A stretch of DNA of 41,150 bases, taken from positions 1 to 41,150 of the forward strand of contig CACZRH010000207.1 of NCBI GenBank assembly GCA_902783455.1, in the 5' to 3' direction. The notes beneath the pieces were generated by a model. The model worked only from the letters and a program-made list of their open reading frames with translations. It was not told the DNA's origin and ran no database searches. Source of the stretch: an uncultured Lachnospiraceae bacterium. Its GTDB lineage: Bacteria; Bacillota; Clostridia; Lachnospirales; Lachnospiraceae. The first letter of the stretch is position 1, and every line of letters starts with the position of its first letter. Of the stretch, positions 28,141 through 37,988 are shown piece after piece. Both the position numbers and the translations under genes were made by a program.

Positions 28141-29688
28141 ATGCATTTTGATAAAAAGAAATGGCTTCAACCGAATATCATGATTCCGTTCCTGAGTGCG
28201 CTAATTGTCGGACTTTTGACACATTTCCCGGTGATGATCGGGAATCTGCCGAATGCGGATGCCATGTCCAATTTCTATTTTGACCAGAACATGGTGACCA
28301 GCGGCCGCTGGTTTTTAACAATCGCGTGCGGGTTTTCCTCCTATTTTGACTTAAAATGGCTCATCGGGCTTTTATCCGTGATCTTTCTTGGAATCTGCGC
28401 AGTAATTTTAACGGAAATTTTCGAGGTGAAAGATAAGGTGGCACTGGGACTTACCGGTGCGCTTTTGGTAACCTTCCCCGCAGTCTGTGCGACATTTACG
28501 TACATGTATACTGCGGACGGATATTTTCTTGCATTGGCGCTTGCCTTCCTGGCGGTATATCTTACGAAAAAATATCCAAAGTTTGGCTGGGCGCTCGGGG
28601 CAGTTACTTTAAGCTTCAGTATGGGAACGTATCAGGCATACCTTGCGGCAACGATTTTGCTCTGCCTCTTTGATCTGATTTTCATGTGTCTTGAGAATAA
28701 GCCGGTAAAGGAAACCGGACTTCGGGCACTTCGGTATCTCGGTATGGGCATTCTTGGCGGGGTTCTTTATTTCGTGATTTTAAAGATCTGCCTTGCGGTT
28801 CAGGGAAAGCAGCTGGATACCTATCAGGGAATCAATAATATGGGGCATGTTTCACTTTCATCGCTCCCGGGAATGGTCATCGGAGCGTATCGTGACTTTG
28901 CGGGATTTATCCGAAACGGCAGAATCTTTTTCCTGAATGGATTTTCTTATGTCGCTATGGTATTATTATTTGGGGTAGCCTGTCTTTCGGCTGTCCGGAT
29001 TATGATTCATACAAAAGCGATTAAGAAGTGGTATCAGTCACTTCTTATTGTGTTGTTTATTATTCTGATTCCGGTCGGATGCAATATTATTCTGCTGATT
29101 TCGGCGGAAGCATTTTATCATCTTCTGATGCGGATGCAGTGGGGACTGTTTCCGATTGCGGCAGTGATATTAACGGCGCGGTCGTTTTACCTTTGCGGGG
29201 ATGAAAAGAAATTTTTCAAAGCGCTTGGAATTGCCGGTACTGCAGGTGCTCTGCTTCTTTGCTGGCAGTTTATTCTTGCGGATAATATTGCCTATTTCAA
29301 TATGTCCGAGCGGTATGAAAAAACTTACGCATACTGTGTGCGCCTTGCGGACAGAATCGAGCAGACGCCCGGGTATTATACGGGAATGCCGGTCATGATG
29401 ATAGGTGTAGTGGATGAGGAAAAATATCCCGTGACGGATATTACCGGACCGGTTACGGAAAGGATATCCGGAAGTACGGGTGATATTCTGATTTATAAAG
29501 GGGAACAGTATCAGGCATTTATGGAGCATTATCTGAATGTTTCCTTAAATGTCATTACCGATGAAGAGCAGATTGTAAAAATCTACAATTCTGATGAGTA
29601 CCGGGAAATGAATTCCTTCCCGGCGAAAGACAGCATCCGTGTTGTAAACGGAATTCTTTATGTCAAAACCGAACCGCCGGAAAGGTAG
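28141..29688 (+). CDS. Glucosyltransferase GtrII/GtrC-like GT-C membrane protein (paralog 2)
   Basis: FDQNMVTSGRWFL, YTADGY, GTYQAYL, YQG, LMRMQW, ERYEKTYA; clearly paralogous to 8573..10096. Confidence 0.75.
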   Translation: MHFDKKKWLQPNIMIPFLSALIVGLLTHFPVMIGNLPNADAMSNFYFDQNMVTSGRWFLTIACGFSSYFDLKWLIGLLSVIFLGICAVILTEIFEVKDKVALGLTGALLVTFPAVCATFTYMYTADGYFLALALAFLAVYLTKKYPKFGWALGAVTLSFSMGTYQAYLAATILLCLFDLIFMCLENKPVKETGLRALRYLGMGILGGVLYFVILKICLAVQGKQLDTYQGINNMGHVSLSSLPGMVIGAYRDFAGFIRNGRIFFLNGFSYVAMVLLFGVACLSAVRIMIHTKAIKKWYQSLLIVLFIILIPVGCNIILLISAEAFYHLLMRMQWGLFPIAAVILTARSFYLCGDEKKFFKALGIAGTAGALLLCWQFILADNIAYFNMSERYEKTYAYCVRLADRIEQTPGYYTGMPVMMIGVVDEEKYPVTDITGPVTERISGSTGDILIYKGEQYQAFMEHYLNVSLNVITDEEQIVKIYNSDEYREMNSFPAKDSIRVVNGILYVKTEPPER

Positions 29689-29729
29689 TGTTTGGAAATT
29701 TTAAGAAAAAAGCCCGGTCAGAAGGAGGC

Positions 29730-30659
29730 ATGATGGGTCATTTAACAGTAGTAATCCCTTCGTTCAATGAAGAGGGAAACATTGAAAATACGGCAGAAGA
29801 AATCGGACGCGTTTTGCAGGATGCCGGAATCGAGTATGATCTTTTATTCGTATCCGACGGATCCAATGACGGAACATTTCCGAAAATCAAGGAACTTGCC
29901 GGACGTGACAACAGAATTAAAGGCCTTCAGTTTTCCAGAAATTTCGGAAAGGAAGCAGCTATCTTTGCCGGACTTTCCAAAAGCTGCGGCGACTGTGTTG
30001 CGGTGATTGACTGCGATTTGCAGCATCCGCCGAAAACACTGGTGGAAATGTATCATCTCTGGGAAGAAGGTTTTGAAGTGGTGGAAGGAATCAAATCCTC
30101 CAGAGGAAAAGAAAGCTTCATTCATAAAATGTTTGTTGGTATTTTTTACGGCATTATGAGCAAACTAATGAAAATCGATATGAATTCCACTTCGGATTTC
30201 AAACTTTTGGACAGGAAGGCAGTGGATGCGCTTCTTTCCTTAAACGAGAGCAATACCTTTTTCCGGGCGCTTTCCTTCTGGGTGGGATTTCGTTCGACTT
30301 CCGTGGAATATGACGTGCAGGAGCGTGTCAGCGGAAAGAGCAAATGGTCCTTTGAAGGACTGGTGCGGTATGCAATTTCCAATACCACATCCTTTACCAC
30401 GGCACCCTTAAAAATAATTGCCATCGTCGGATTTATCATGGTTATTTTTTCCATCATACTGGGAATTCAGACTCTGGTAAATTATTTTATGCATATCGCG
30501 GTGGAAGGCTTTACCACGGTAATTTTGCTGCTTTTGATGATCGGCGGATGTATCATGGTCAGCCTTGGTATTATCGGACATTATCTGGGCCGCATTTATG
30601 AGGAAGTGAAGGGCAGACCGAGATACATTATCCGGGAGACTACCGATAATTTGAAATAA
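29730..30659 (+). CDS. GtrB/CsbB-like undecaprenyl-phosphate glycosyltransferase (GT2), second copy
   Basis: IPSFNE, FSRNFGKEA, IDCDLQHPP, SDFKLLDR, two TMs, RPRYII; AAGGAGG before ATG 29730/29733. Confidence 0.9.
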   Translation: MMGHLTVVIPSFNEEGNIENTAEEIGRVLQDAGIEYDLLFVSDGSNDGTFPKIKELAGRDNRIKGLQFSRNFGKEAAIFAGLSKSCGDCVAVIDCDLQHPPKTLVEMYHLWEEGFEVVEGIKSSRGKESFIHKMFVGIFYGIMSKLMKIDMNSTSDFKLLDRKAVDALLSLNESNTFFRALSFWVGFRSTSVEYDVQERVSGKSKWSFEGLVRYAISNTTSFTTAPLKIIAIVGFIMVIFSIILGIQTLVNYFMHIAVEGFTTVILLLLMIGGCIMVSLGIIGHYLGRIYEEVKGRPRYIIRETTDNLK

Positions 30660-30691
30660 GAGTCATTCGAAAATCAATGACGGAGGAAAAT

Positions 30692-31828
30692 ATGATTCGA
30701 TTTAATGTACCTCCCTATACGGGAAAAGAAATGGAATATATTAAGCAGGCTGTAGAGAATCAGAAAATCTGCGGTGACGGCGATTTTACAGCAAAATGCA
30801 ATCAGTGGATTGAGAATAAGACAGGATGCAAAAAAACGCTGCTTACGACTTCCTGCACACATGCAACGGAGCTTGCCGCAATTTTGGCGGATATCAAACC
30901 CGGCGATGAAGTGATTATGCCTTCTTATACGTTTGTATCCACTGCAGATGCTTTTGTTCTTCGGGGCGCTACGGCGGTATTTGTCGATATCCGGCCGGAT
31001 ACCATGAATCTGGATGAAAAGCTGATTGAAGACGCGATTACCGACAAAACCAAAGCCATCGTTCCGGTTCATTATGCGGGTGTCGGCTGCGAAATGGATC
31101 CGATTATGGAACTTTCGAAAAAATACAATCTGAAAGTGATTGAGGATGCGGCACAGGGAATCATGTCCGAATACAAGGGAAAAGCCCTTGGAACATTCGG
31201 GGAATACGGCTGCTTTTCCTTCCATGAAACCAAGAATTTTTCCATGGGAGAAGGCGGTGCTTTATTAATCCGGGATGAGGAAAACATTGAGCCGGCAGAG
31301 ATTATCCGTGAGAAAGGTACCAACCGGGCGAAATTTTTCCGCGGACAGATTGATAAATATACCTGGGTGAATATGGGGTCCTCCTATCTCCCGAGTGAGT
31401 TAAATGCGGCATATTTATATGCTCAGTTAGAGCTTGCCGATGAGATTACCAAAGACCGTATGGATACATGGAATCATTACTATGCAGATTTGTCCGGCTT
31501 AAAGGATGCGGGGCGGATTGAACTGCCGTTTATTCCTGCACACTGCAGCCATAATGCGCATATGTTTTATATCAAGGCACGTGATTTAGAAGAACGGACG
31601 AAGCTGATTTCGTTCCTGAAGGAAAAAGACATTCTTGCGGTATTCCATTACGTTCCGCTTCATTCTGCACCTGCAGGCCTGAAATTCGGCCGCTTCCATG
31701 GGGAAGACCGATATACAACAAAAGAAAGCGAGCGCTTAGTAAGGCTTCCGCTTTATTACGGTCTGAAGGAAGAACAGACGCAGTACATTATCGATTCCGT
31801 GAAGGAATTTTACAGAATAAACAAATAA
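30692..31828 (+). CDS. rffA: dTDP-4-amino-4,6-dideoxygalactose transaminase (WecE/RffA)
   Basis: ICGDG.FT.KC, LLTTSCTHA.E, FSFHETKN..MGEGG, EKGTNR..FFRGQ.DKYTW..GSSYL, VFHYVPLH; GGAGG before ATG 30692. Confidence 0.9.
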   Translation: MIRFNVPPYTGKEMEYIKQAVENQKICGDGDFTAKCNQWIENKTGCKKTLLTTSCTHATELAAILADIKPGDEVIMPSYTFVSTADAFVLRGATAVFVDIRPDTMNLDEKLIEDAITDKTKAIVPVHYAGVGCEMDPIMELSKKYNLKVIEDAAQGIMSEYKGKALGTFGEYGCFSFHETKNFSMGEGGALLIRDEENIEPAEIIREKGTNRAKFFRGQIDKYTWVNMGSSYLPSELNAAYLYAQLELADEITKDRMDTWNHYYADLSGLKDAGRIELPFIPAHCSHNAHMFYIKARDLEERTKLISFLKEKDILAVFHYVPLHSAPAGLKFGRFHGEDRYTTKESERLVRLPLYYGLKEEQTQYIIDSVKEFYRINK

Positions 31829-31842
31829 GAGTGGTGTCGTAA

Positions 31843-32418
31843 ATGGATATTGTAATACGCGGAGAAGGAATTTATTTAAGAAAAATAGAATATTCGGATA
31901 CGGCGAATATCATCCGTTGGAGAAATTCTGATGCGGTACGGTCGCACTTTATTGACAGAAGACTGTTTACCGCCGAGTCCCATGAAGCGTGGCTGAAAAA
32001 CTATGTGGAAGCAGGAAAGGCTGACCAGATGATTATCTGCATTGCGCCGGATTATAAAAACGCTGCGGAATGGAATAATGCTGAGGATTCGGAATATATT
32101 CCGGTCGGAAGCGTCTATATCCGGGATATTAATCCTGCGCATAACAAAGCGGAATACGGGATTTTTATCGGAGAGGAATCTGCGAGAGGATGCGGAATCG
32201 GAAGCAAATGTGCGAAGTTAATGATTCAATACTGTTTTGAAATTCGTCATCTCCACCGGTTGTTTTTAAGGGTGTTTGCGGATAATACGGCCGCAATCAG
32301 GAGTTATGAAAATGCAGGATTTCAAAGAGAAGCACTTTTGCATGACGACGTACTCGCGGACGGGAAATACCATGACATCGTTCTGATGGGAATCATAAAT
32401 CCCGCAGATGAAATATAA
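31843..32418 (+). CDS. GNAT N-acetyltransferase (RimJ/PseH-like), likely nucleotide-aminosugar N-acetyltransferase
   Basis: WRN...VR, KAEYGIFIGE..ARGCGIG, LRVFADN..AIRSYE..GF; directly after rffA. Confidence 0.8.
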   Translation: MDIVIRGEGIYLRKIEYSDTANIIRWRNSDAVRSHFIDRRLFTAESHEAWLKNYVEAGKADQMIICIAPDYKNAAEWNNAEDSEYIPVGSVYIRDINPAHNKAEYGIFIGEESARGCGIGSKCAKLMIQYCFEIRHLHRLFLRVFADNTAAIRSYENAGFQREALLHDDVLADGKYHDIVLMGIINPADEI

Positions 32419-32453
32419 AATGCGGTTTTAGACCGCAGCTGAAAGGTCTGAAA

Positions 32454-33416
32454 ATGGAGAACGGGAACAATTCAAAAGAAAAAATATCATTTGTCATTCC
32501 ATGTTATCGTTCGGAAGCAACAATAGCCGGGGTGGTTTCGGAAATCATCGAAACTATGAATACAATGCCGAAGTATACCTTTGAAATCATTCTGGTAAAC
32601 GACTCCTCTCCGGATGATACCATCGGAAGTATTCGAAGCTTATGCACTCAGTATCCCTTTATTACGGGAATCGATCTGGCAAAGAATTTCGGGCAGCATG
32701 CTGCTTTGATGGCGGGCATGAGAGCGGCTGACGGAGATATTGTGGTTTGTCTGGACGACGACGGACAGACGCCTGCAAACGAAGTCGGAAAGCTGCTTGA
32801 GAAACTGGAGGAAGGATATGATGTCTGCTATGCAAGCTACGGAAAAAAACAGCACAGCGGATTTCGGAATTTCGGCAGTAAGGTAAATGAGCTGATGACC
32901 CGGATTATGCTGGGAAAACCGAAAGAATTATATATTTCGAGTTATTTTGCGGTAAAGAGATTTATCGTGGATGACATGCTTCGATACGAACAGCCCTATT
33001 CCTATGTCATCGGACTGGTATTAAGGGCAACAAAAAATATCACAAACGTGGAGGTAAATCATCGTGCAAGAGAAGTGGGGAGCAGCGGATATACGCTTCG
33101 AAAGCTCTTTGCATTATGGTTTAACGGATTTACCGCATTTTCCATTAAGCCGCTTCGAATTGCAACCTTTATCGGCTGCGTGTGTGCGTGCAGCGGATTT
33201 TTATACGGAATTTATACGATTATCAAGAAGCTTGTTTTGGTGGATGTTCAGGCCGGTTTCTCCGCTCTTATGAGCGTGCTTGTTTTCATCGGCGGAATGA
33301 TTATGCTGATGCTTGGAATGATTGGAGAATATGTCGGACGTATGTATCTTTGCATGAACAATTCACCGCAATATGTCATCCGCGAAGTGATTCGGGGAAA
33401 TCACCCGGAGGAATAG
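32454..33416 (+). CDS. ArnC/GtrB-like undecaprenyl-phosphate glycosyltransferase (GT2)
   Basis: IPCY, VNDSSPD, LAKNFGQHAAL, LDDDGQTP, SGY, two TMs, GEYVGR, PQYVIR. Confidence 0.88.
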   Translation: MENGNNSKEKISFVIPCYRSEATIAGVVSEIIETMNTMPKYTFEIILVNDSSPDDTIGSIRSLCTQYPFITGIDLAKNFGQHAALMAGMRAADGDIVVCLDDDGQTPANEVGKLLEKLEEGYDVCYASYGKKQHSGFRNFGSKVNELMTRIMLGKPKELYISSYFAVKRFIVDDMLRYEQPYSYVIGLVLRATKNITNVEVNHRAREVGSSGYTLRKLFALWFNGFTAFSIKPLRIATFIGCVCACSGFLYGIYTIIKKLVLVDVQAGFSALMSVLVFIGGMIMLMLGMIGEYVGRMYLCMNNSPQYVIREVIRGNHPEE

Positions 33417-33422
33417 AATCGA

Positions 33423-34670
33423 ATGCTGAAGAATTCGGAATCGAATGGAAAAAATAAGGATATTGTCTTTATCATCGTTGCAGTTTTGGTATTCGGAATT
33501 TATACCATTGCCTGCGGATATCTCTTTTTTATGCAGGCGGATGCGGCGCATGATTTGTATTTTGAATCCGATCTTTTAGCCCATCTTCAAATGGCGGAGG
33601 ATGGATGGGGATATTCCCTCACGGCCGTATTCTACCGGATTTTTTATATGCTTCCGGGTTATCATGTTCTGGTTGCCTGCTTTTTGGCATTTTTTGCGGG
33701 CGGAACGATGGTTGCGACCTATTTTATTCTCCGGGAACTTGTATTTTCCAAATGGAAGATCCGCGGAGTAAAATGGTCCGCGCTGGGTGCGGCAATCAGT
33801 ACGAATATTGTAATGCCGTGCTTTATTCAGGCGGTGCATTATCAAAGATATGTGGGCTATCAGTCCCCTTCCGTGTGGCATAATTCCACCTATACGGTGA
33901 TGAAGTTTTTTTCCCTTCTGACGCTGTATTATTACATCCGTTTCTTTACGGAATATAAGAAAAAAGTGGTTTGGAAGGACTGGATTTTGTTTACGGTTTT
34001 TTTGACACTTTCCACTGCGACAAAAACCAGTTTTTTACTTGTATTCGGACCTGTGGCTTTAGTCGGATTGTTTTTTGATTTCTATCGTAAAGTTCCGATA
34101 AAGAGAATTTTGCTTTTTGCTTCTTCTATCCTGCCGTCCGTTGCAATCGTTTTATTTCAGGAAATGGTTTTATTCGGGGATGATACGGGAAACGGAATTG
34201 TAATCGAATTCGGATACAATGTTTATTTAAGAGCGGACAAACCGTATTTTACGATGATTCTCTCGGCGCTGTTCCCGGTTTTGATTTTTTTATTCAACAT
34301 CATTCCGGTTTGCCGGCAGACAATTAAAGATTTAAAGCATAAATCTCTTCCGGTACATACCGCATTTTTCCTGGCATGGAGTATGTGGGCGGTCGGAGCG
34401 ATTCAGCTTTTGTTTTTGAAAGAAACCGGAACAAGAATTCAGGACGGAAATTTTTCCTGGGGATATGATTTCTGCCTTTTTATTTTGTTTGTGGTAAGCA
34501 TTGTTTATTACATGATGAATCTTCGGAGTACGAGATTCTTAAAAGGGATTTATCCGCTCAGAATCCTGTATGCGGCAGTACTCGGAGCCGTTCTCGGATA
34601 TCATATGTACTGCGGATTTATTTTCTTTATCAGGCTTTTAAACGGAGTGACTTATTTTATGCAGGCATAG
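33423..34670 (+). CDS. Multi-TM membrane protein, putative GT-C glycosyltransferase
   Basis: About 10-11 TMs; acidic first loop (YFESDLLAH), WHNST, TKTSF, DGNFSWG; directly follows the ArnC-like gene. Confidence 0.55.
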   Translation: MLKNSESNGKNKDIVFIIVAVLVFGIYTIACGYLFFMQADAAHDLYFESDLLAHLQMAEDGWGYSLTAVFYRIFYMLPGYHVLVACFLAFFAGGTMVATYFILRELVFSKWKIRGVKWSALGAAISTNIVMPCFIQAVHYQRYVGYQSPSVWHNSTYTVMKFFSLLTLYYYIRFFTEYKKKVVWKDWILFTVFLTLSTATKTSFLLVFGPVALVGLFFDFYRKVPIKRILLFASSILPSVAIVLFQEMVLFGDDTGNGIVIEFGYNVYLRADKPYFTMILSALFPVLIFLFNIIPVCRQTIKDLKHKSLPVHTAFFLAWSMWAVGAIQLLFLKETGTRIQDGNFSWGYDFCLFILFVVSIVYYMMNLRSTRFLKGIYPLRILYAAVLGAVLGYHMYCGFIFFIRLLNGVTYFMQA

Positions 34671-34743
34671 CCGGCATGAAAACCGCCATGCAGGAAAAAC
34701 AAGGCATCGGAAATTCATTTTTGAAAAAGGATAACGGATTTTA

Positions 34744-35661
34744 ATGAGCGGACAGGCTGCTGAAAAAAAAGAAAATAAAATAGTGCTTTGGATCCTCTTC
34801 GGAATCTTTTTTCTTCTGACGGCAGGTATTTTTTACTTTATTGCAGGCTTTCGTCCGAAGGCAATTTTTCCCGCCCTGGAAAAAGAGAAAACGCAGATTC
34901 TTTTTCTGGGAGACAGCAATATCGATTATTCCTTCGGCGGAATGGAAATTCCGGAGATGCTGATGCAAAAAACAAATGTCATGGCATATAACTGTGCCAT
35001 TGGCGGAACCTGCGCCGCAAACTCTGCGGAGCCGTATAACCGGAAAAATTACTACGGAATGTTCAGTCTGTATAATCTTTCGAAGATGATTGAAACCGGT
35101 GATTTTTCGGTCATGACGAGAAACCGGGATTTTATCGATTCTTCGAGCAGCGATATCAAAGGCAAGGTATTAATTCTCGAACATCTCGATTATTCCGCCA
35201 TGGATTATGTGGTTCTGCATTACGGAATGAATGATTATTTTGCGGGTTTTCCGATCGGAGACGGCATGGAAAAATATGACGAACGAACCTATAAGGGAGC
35301 GCTTCGCTGCGGAATCGAACGAATTCATAAGATGTGTCCGGATGCGACAGTCATTCTGTCCTCCATTACCTATTGCAGATATCAGAAGGTTGAAAATGAA
35401 GAACTTGTCGGCGAAACGATTTCCGGTCTTTCCCATGATTTCGGGCATGGAACGATTGAGAATTACCGTACCGCCATGGAAGAGGTTTCCGGGGAATATC
35501 CGTATGCCGTATTTTTAGATAATTTAAACGGTATGGGAATTGATGATGAGAATTACATAACCGAAGGATATTTCGAAGATCATATGCATTTCGGAGAAAA
35601 GAGCCGTGAGATTTACACGGAAGGTTTTTTGGAATTATTAACGAAGCTTGAGAACCGGTAG
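34744..35661 (+). CDS. Membrane-anchored SGNH/GDSL hydrolase-fold protein
   Basis: N-terminal TM; block I FLGDS, block II AIGG, block III GMND, block V DHMH. Confidence 0.85.
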   Translation: MSGQAAEKKENKIVLWILFGIFFLLTAGIFYFIAGFRPKAIFPALEKEKTQILFLGDSNIDYSFGGMEIPEMLMQKTNVMAYNCAIGGTCAANSAEPYNRKNYYGMFSLYNLSKMIETGDFSVMTRNRDFIDSSSSDIKGKVLILEHLDYSAMDYVVLHYGMNDYFAGFPIGDGMEKYDERTYKGALRCGIERIHKMCPDATVILSSITYCRYQKVENEELVGETISGLSHDFGHGTIENYRTAMEEVSGEYPYAVFLDNLNGMGIDDENYITEGYFEDHMHFGEKSREIYTEGFLELLTKLENR

Positions 35662-35667
35662 GGCAAT

Positions 35668-36879
35668 ATGGGAAAAAATGTCAGCCGGTATTTTACCGGC
35701 ATCTGTAACGGAATATTGTTTGCCACACTCGTTGCACAGGGTGTGTTTGCGTTCATCTGGGGATGGGCGAATCTGACGGATTATAAGAATCTTGAAGAAA
35801 CGGCAAAACTGTATGAGTCGGTCCACAGTCCGGGATGGATGCTGCCGGTTTTATACATCCTGCAGATTGCGGCCTGCGGGGGATTGTTCTATCTTGCATC
35901 GGCGGCGCTGCTTCGGGGATTTACGAGGAAGAGAATTCCTTCGAAATATCCTTTTGTTGCCATGCTTTTCCTTTTGACAAATCCGTTTGTATGGATGACG
36001 ATGTTTACCCTGCTTCCGGATTCCGTCGGAAATGCAATGGAACTGCTGGTGATTGCGTATGCATTTCTTTTTATACGGACACTCGGAAATGAAAAGGACT
36101 GGGTTCATGCCGCTGTTGCCGGAATCTGGTATGTGGTTTTGGGAATCTTTTTTAAGAAGAATTTTATTACCATCACACCGGTGTTATTCGGTCTCGGATT
36201 GCTTGCAATGGTCCGTTTTTCGAGGCTTTCGAAAAAGCGCAAGGAGGAAGCCGTTCTTTCGGCCATTCCGGCATTTGCAATGATTTTACTGCCGTTTGCG
36301 GTCTTTTTGGTAGCAATGATTAAAACACTGGCTACCCCGAATCCGGAGAATACACTCGGAATTCCGGGAATGCTTTATTCCGTTTTCCGGTTTCGGCTGG
36401 ATGGAATGAAATATGAGGAATTCCACGGCATGGCGTGGTTACTTAAGAGTATGTGCAAGGAATGGGTTGCGGCACTGCTTTCCCCGTGGATTCTGGCACT
36501 TCGAACCTATCCCTGGGGGGATTCGGTGAATCCTTTCTATGTCAGTATCTTTTGGCAGAAGGCACCGTTGATTACCGAAATGTACTTACGAATCGGAAGC
36601 ACGGGAGCACTGCTTTGCATTTCGGCATTTTTATTAAAAGGTCTTGCCGTGGTATTCGGAAAAGAAGAAAAGAGCCTTGGAAGAATATTCCGGATGATTG
36701 TTATGAATCTTATATTTTTTATCGTTATGACGGTTCCATCGACGTTTACGGCGTTACTGATATGCATCCCGGAATTTGATTACCGGAATGCATTGCAGGC
36801 CTATCTTTTGTGGTTTGTCTGCAGTATGGCATTTTTGGTGGAATTTAAGGAAAAGAAAACAAAAGCGGAGGATGCGTAA
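35668..36879 (+). CDS. Multi-TM membrane protein of unknown function (possibly GT-C-like)
   Basis: About 9-10 hydrophobic segments; NPF and LLPDS motifs, C-terminal FDYRN. Confidence 0.5.
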   Translation: MGKNVSRYFTGICNGILFATLVAQGVFAFIWGWANLTDYKNLEETAKLYESVHSPGWMLPVLYILQIAACGGLFYLASAALLRGFTRKRIPSKYPFVAMLFLLTNPFVWMTMFTLLPDSVGNAMELLVIAYAFLFIRTLGNEKDWVHAAVAGIWYVVLGIFFKKNFITITPVLFGLGLLAMVRFSRLSKKRKEEAVLSAIPAFAMILLPFAVFLVAMIKTLATPNPENTLGIPGMLYSVFRFRLDGMKYEEFHGMAWLLKSMCKEWVAALLSPWILALRTYPWGDSVNPFYVSIFWQKAPLITEMYLRIGSTGALLCISAFLLKGLAVVFGKEEKSLGRIFRMIVMNLIFFIVMTVPSTFTALLICIPEFDYRNALQAYLLWFVCSMAFLVEFKEKKTKAEDA

Positions 36880-37935
36880 ATGGGAAAAATTGCACTGATT
36901 ACGGGAATTACGGGACAGGACGGTTCCTATCTGGCGGAGTTTCTTTTGGAAAAAGGATATGAAGTACATGGAATTATTCGAAGAGCATCCGTATCCAATA
37001 CATCAAGAATTGATCATCTGCTGAAAGACGGACTGATTAAGGTACATGAAGGGGATTTAACGGATTCTTCTTCCTTAATCCGAATCATCGGTCTGACAAA
37101 GCCGGATGAAATCTATAATCTTGCGGCGCAGTCCCATGTCCAGGTTTCCTTTGATGTGCCGGAGTATTCCGGAGACGTGGATGCAATCGGAGTCTTAAGG
37201 ATTCTGGAAGCAGTAAGAATTCTGGATCTGACAAAGAAAACGAAGATTTATCAGGCATCCACATCGGAATTATACGGAAAAGTGGAAGAGGTTCCCCAGT
37301 CGGAAACCACTCCTTTTCACCCCTACAGTCCTTATGCGGTTGCAAAGCAGTACGGCTTCTGGATTGTAAAGGAATACCGAGAGGCATACGGCATGTTTGC
37401 GGCGAACGGCATCCTTTTCAATCATGAGTCCGAACGAAGGGGCGAGAATTTTGTAACCAGAAAAATTACGCTTGCGGCTGCAAGAATAGCGGAAGGTCTG
37501 CAGGACCATCTCGAGCTTGGCAATATGGATTCCCTGCGTGACTGGGGCTATGCAAAGGATTATGTGGAATGCATGTGGCTGATGCTGCAGCAGGACGAAC
37601 CGGATGACTTTGTAATTGCAACGGGCGTGCAGCATACGGTTCGCGATTTTACCGAAAAAGCATTTGCGGCAAACGATATTATGCTTCGTTTCGAGGGAAG
37701 CGGCCTGGAAGAAAAAGGGTATGATGCTGAAACCGGAAAGATGTTGGTTTGTGTAAATCCGGCGTGGTTTCGTCCGACGGATGTGGATAATCTCTGGGGT
37801 AATCCGGCCAAGGCAAAAGAGGTATTAAAATGGAATCCACAGAAAACAAGTTACGAGGAATTAATCCGCATTATGGCAGAGCATGACAGAAAGCTTGCAA
37901 AAGCGGAAGCAGCAATGAAGAGGGCGCAGGAATAA
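36880..37935 (+). CDS. gmd: GDP-mannose 4,6-dehydratase
   Basis: [69 protein letters not shown]. Confidence 0.97.
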   Translation: MGKIALITGITGQDGSYLAEFLLEKGYEVHGIIRRASVSNTSRIDHLLKDGLIKVHEGDLTDSSSLIRIIGLTKPDEIYNLAAQSHVQVSFDVPEYSGDVDAIGVLRILEAVRILDLTKKTKIYQASTSELYGKVEEVPQSETTPFHPYSPYAVAKQYGFWIVKEYREAYGMFAANGILFNHESERRGENFVTRKITLAAARIAEGLQDHLELGNMDSLRDWGYAKDYVECMWLMLQQDEPDDFVIATGVQHTVRDFTEKAFAANDIMLRFEGSGLEEKGYDAETGKMLVCVNPAWFRPTDVDNLWGNPAKAKEVLKWNPQKTSYEELIRIMAEHDRKLAKAEAAMKRAQE

Positions 37936-37988
37936 AGCACGAAACCGAAAAGAAACAGGAAAGCACAAAAGCTTAAGCGGAGTAAAAT

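Noticed and set aside
34671-34743. GCATG-N8-CATGC hairpin after 33423..34670 as a terminator
   Set aside because: Only a 5-bp stem with no U-tract
15951-34770. A8/T8 homopolymers inside genes (15951-15958, 18130-18137, 34763-34770) as phase-variation tracts
   Set aside because: Short A/T runs are expected in this composition, all frames are intact, and no long G/C tracts were seen
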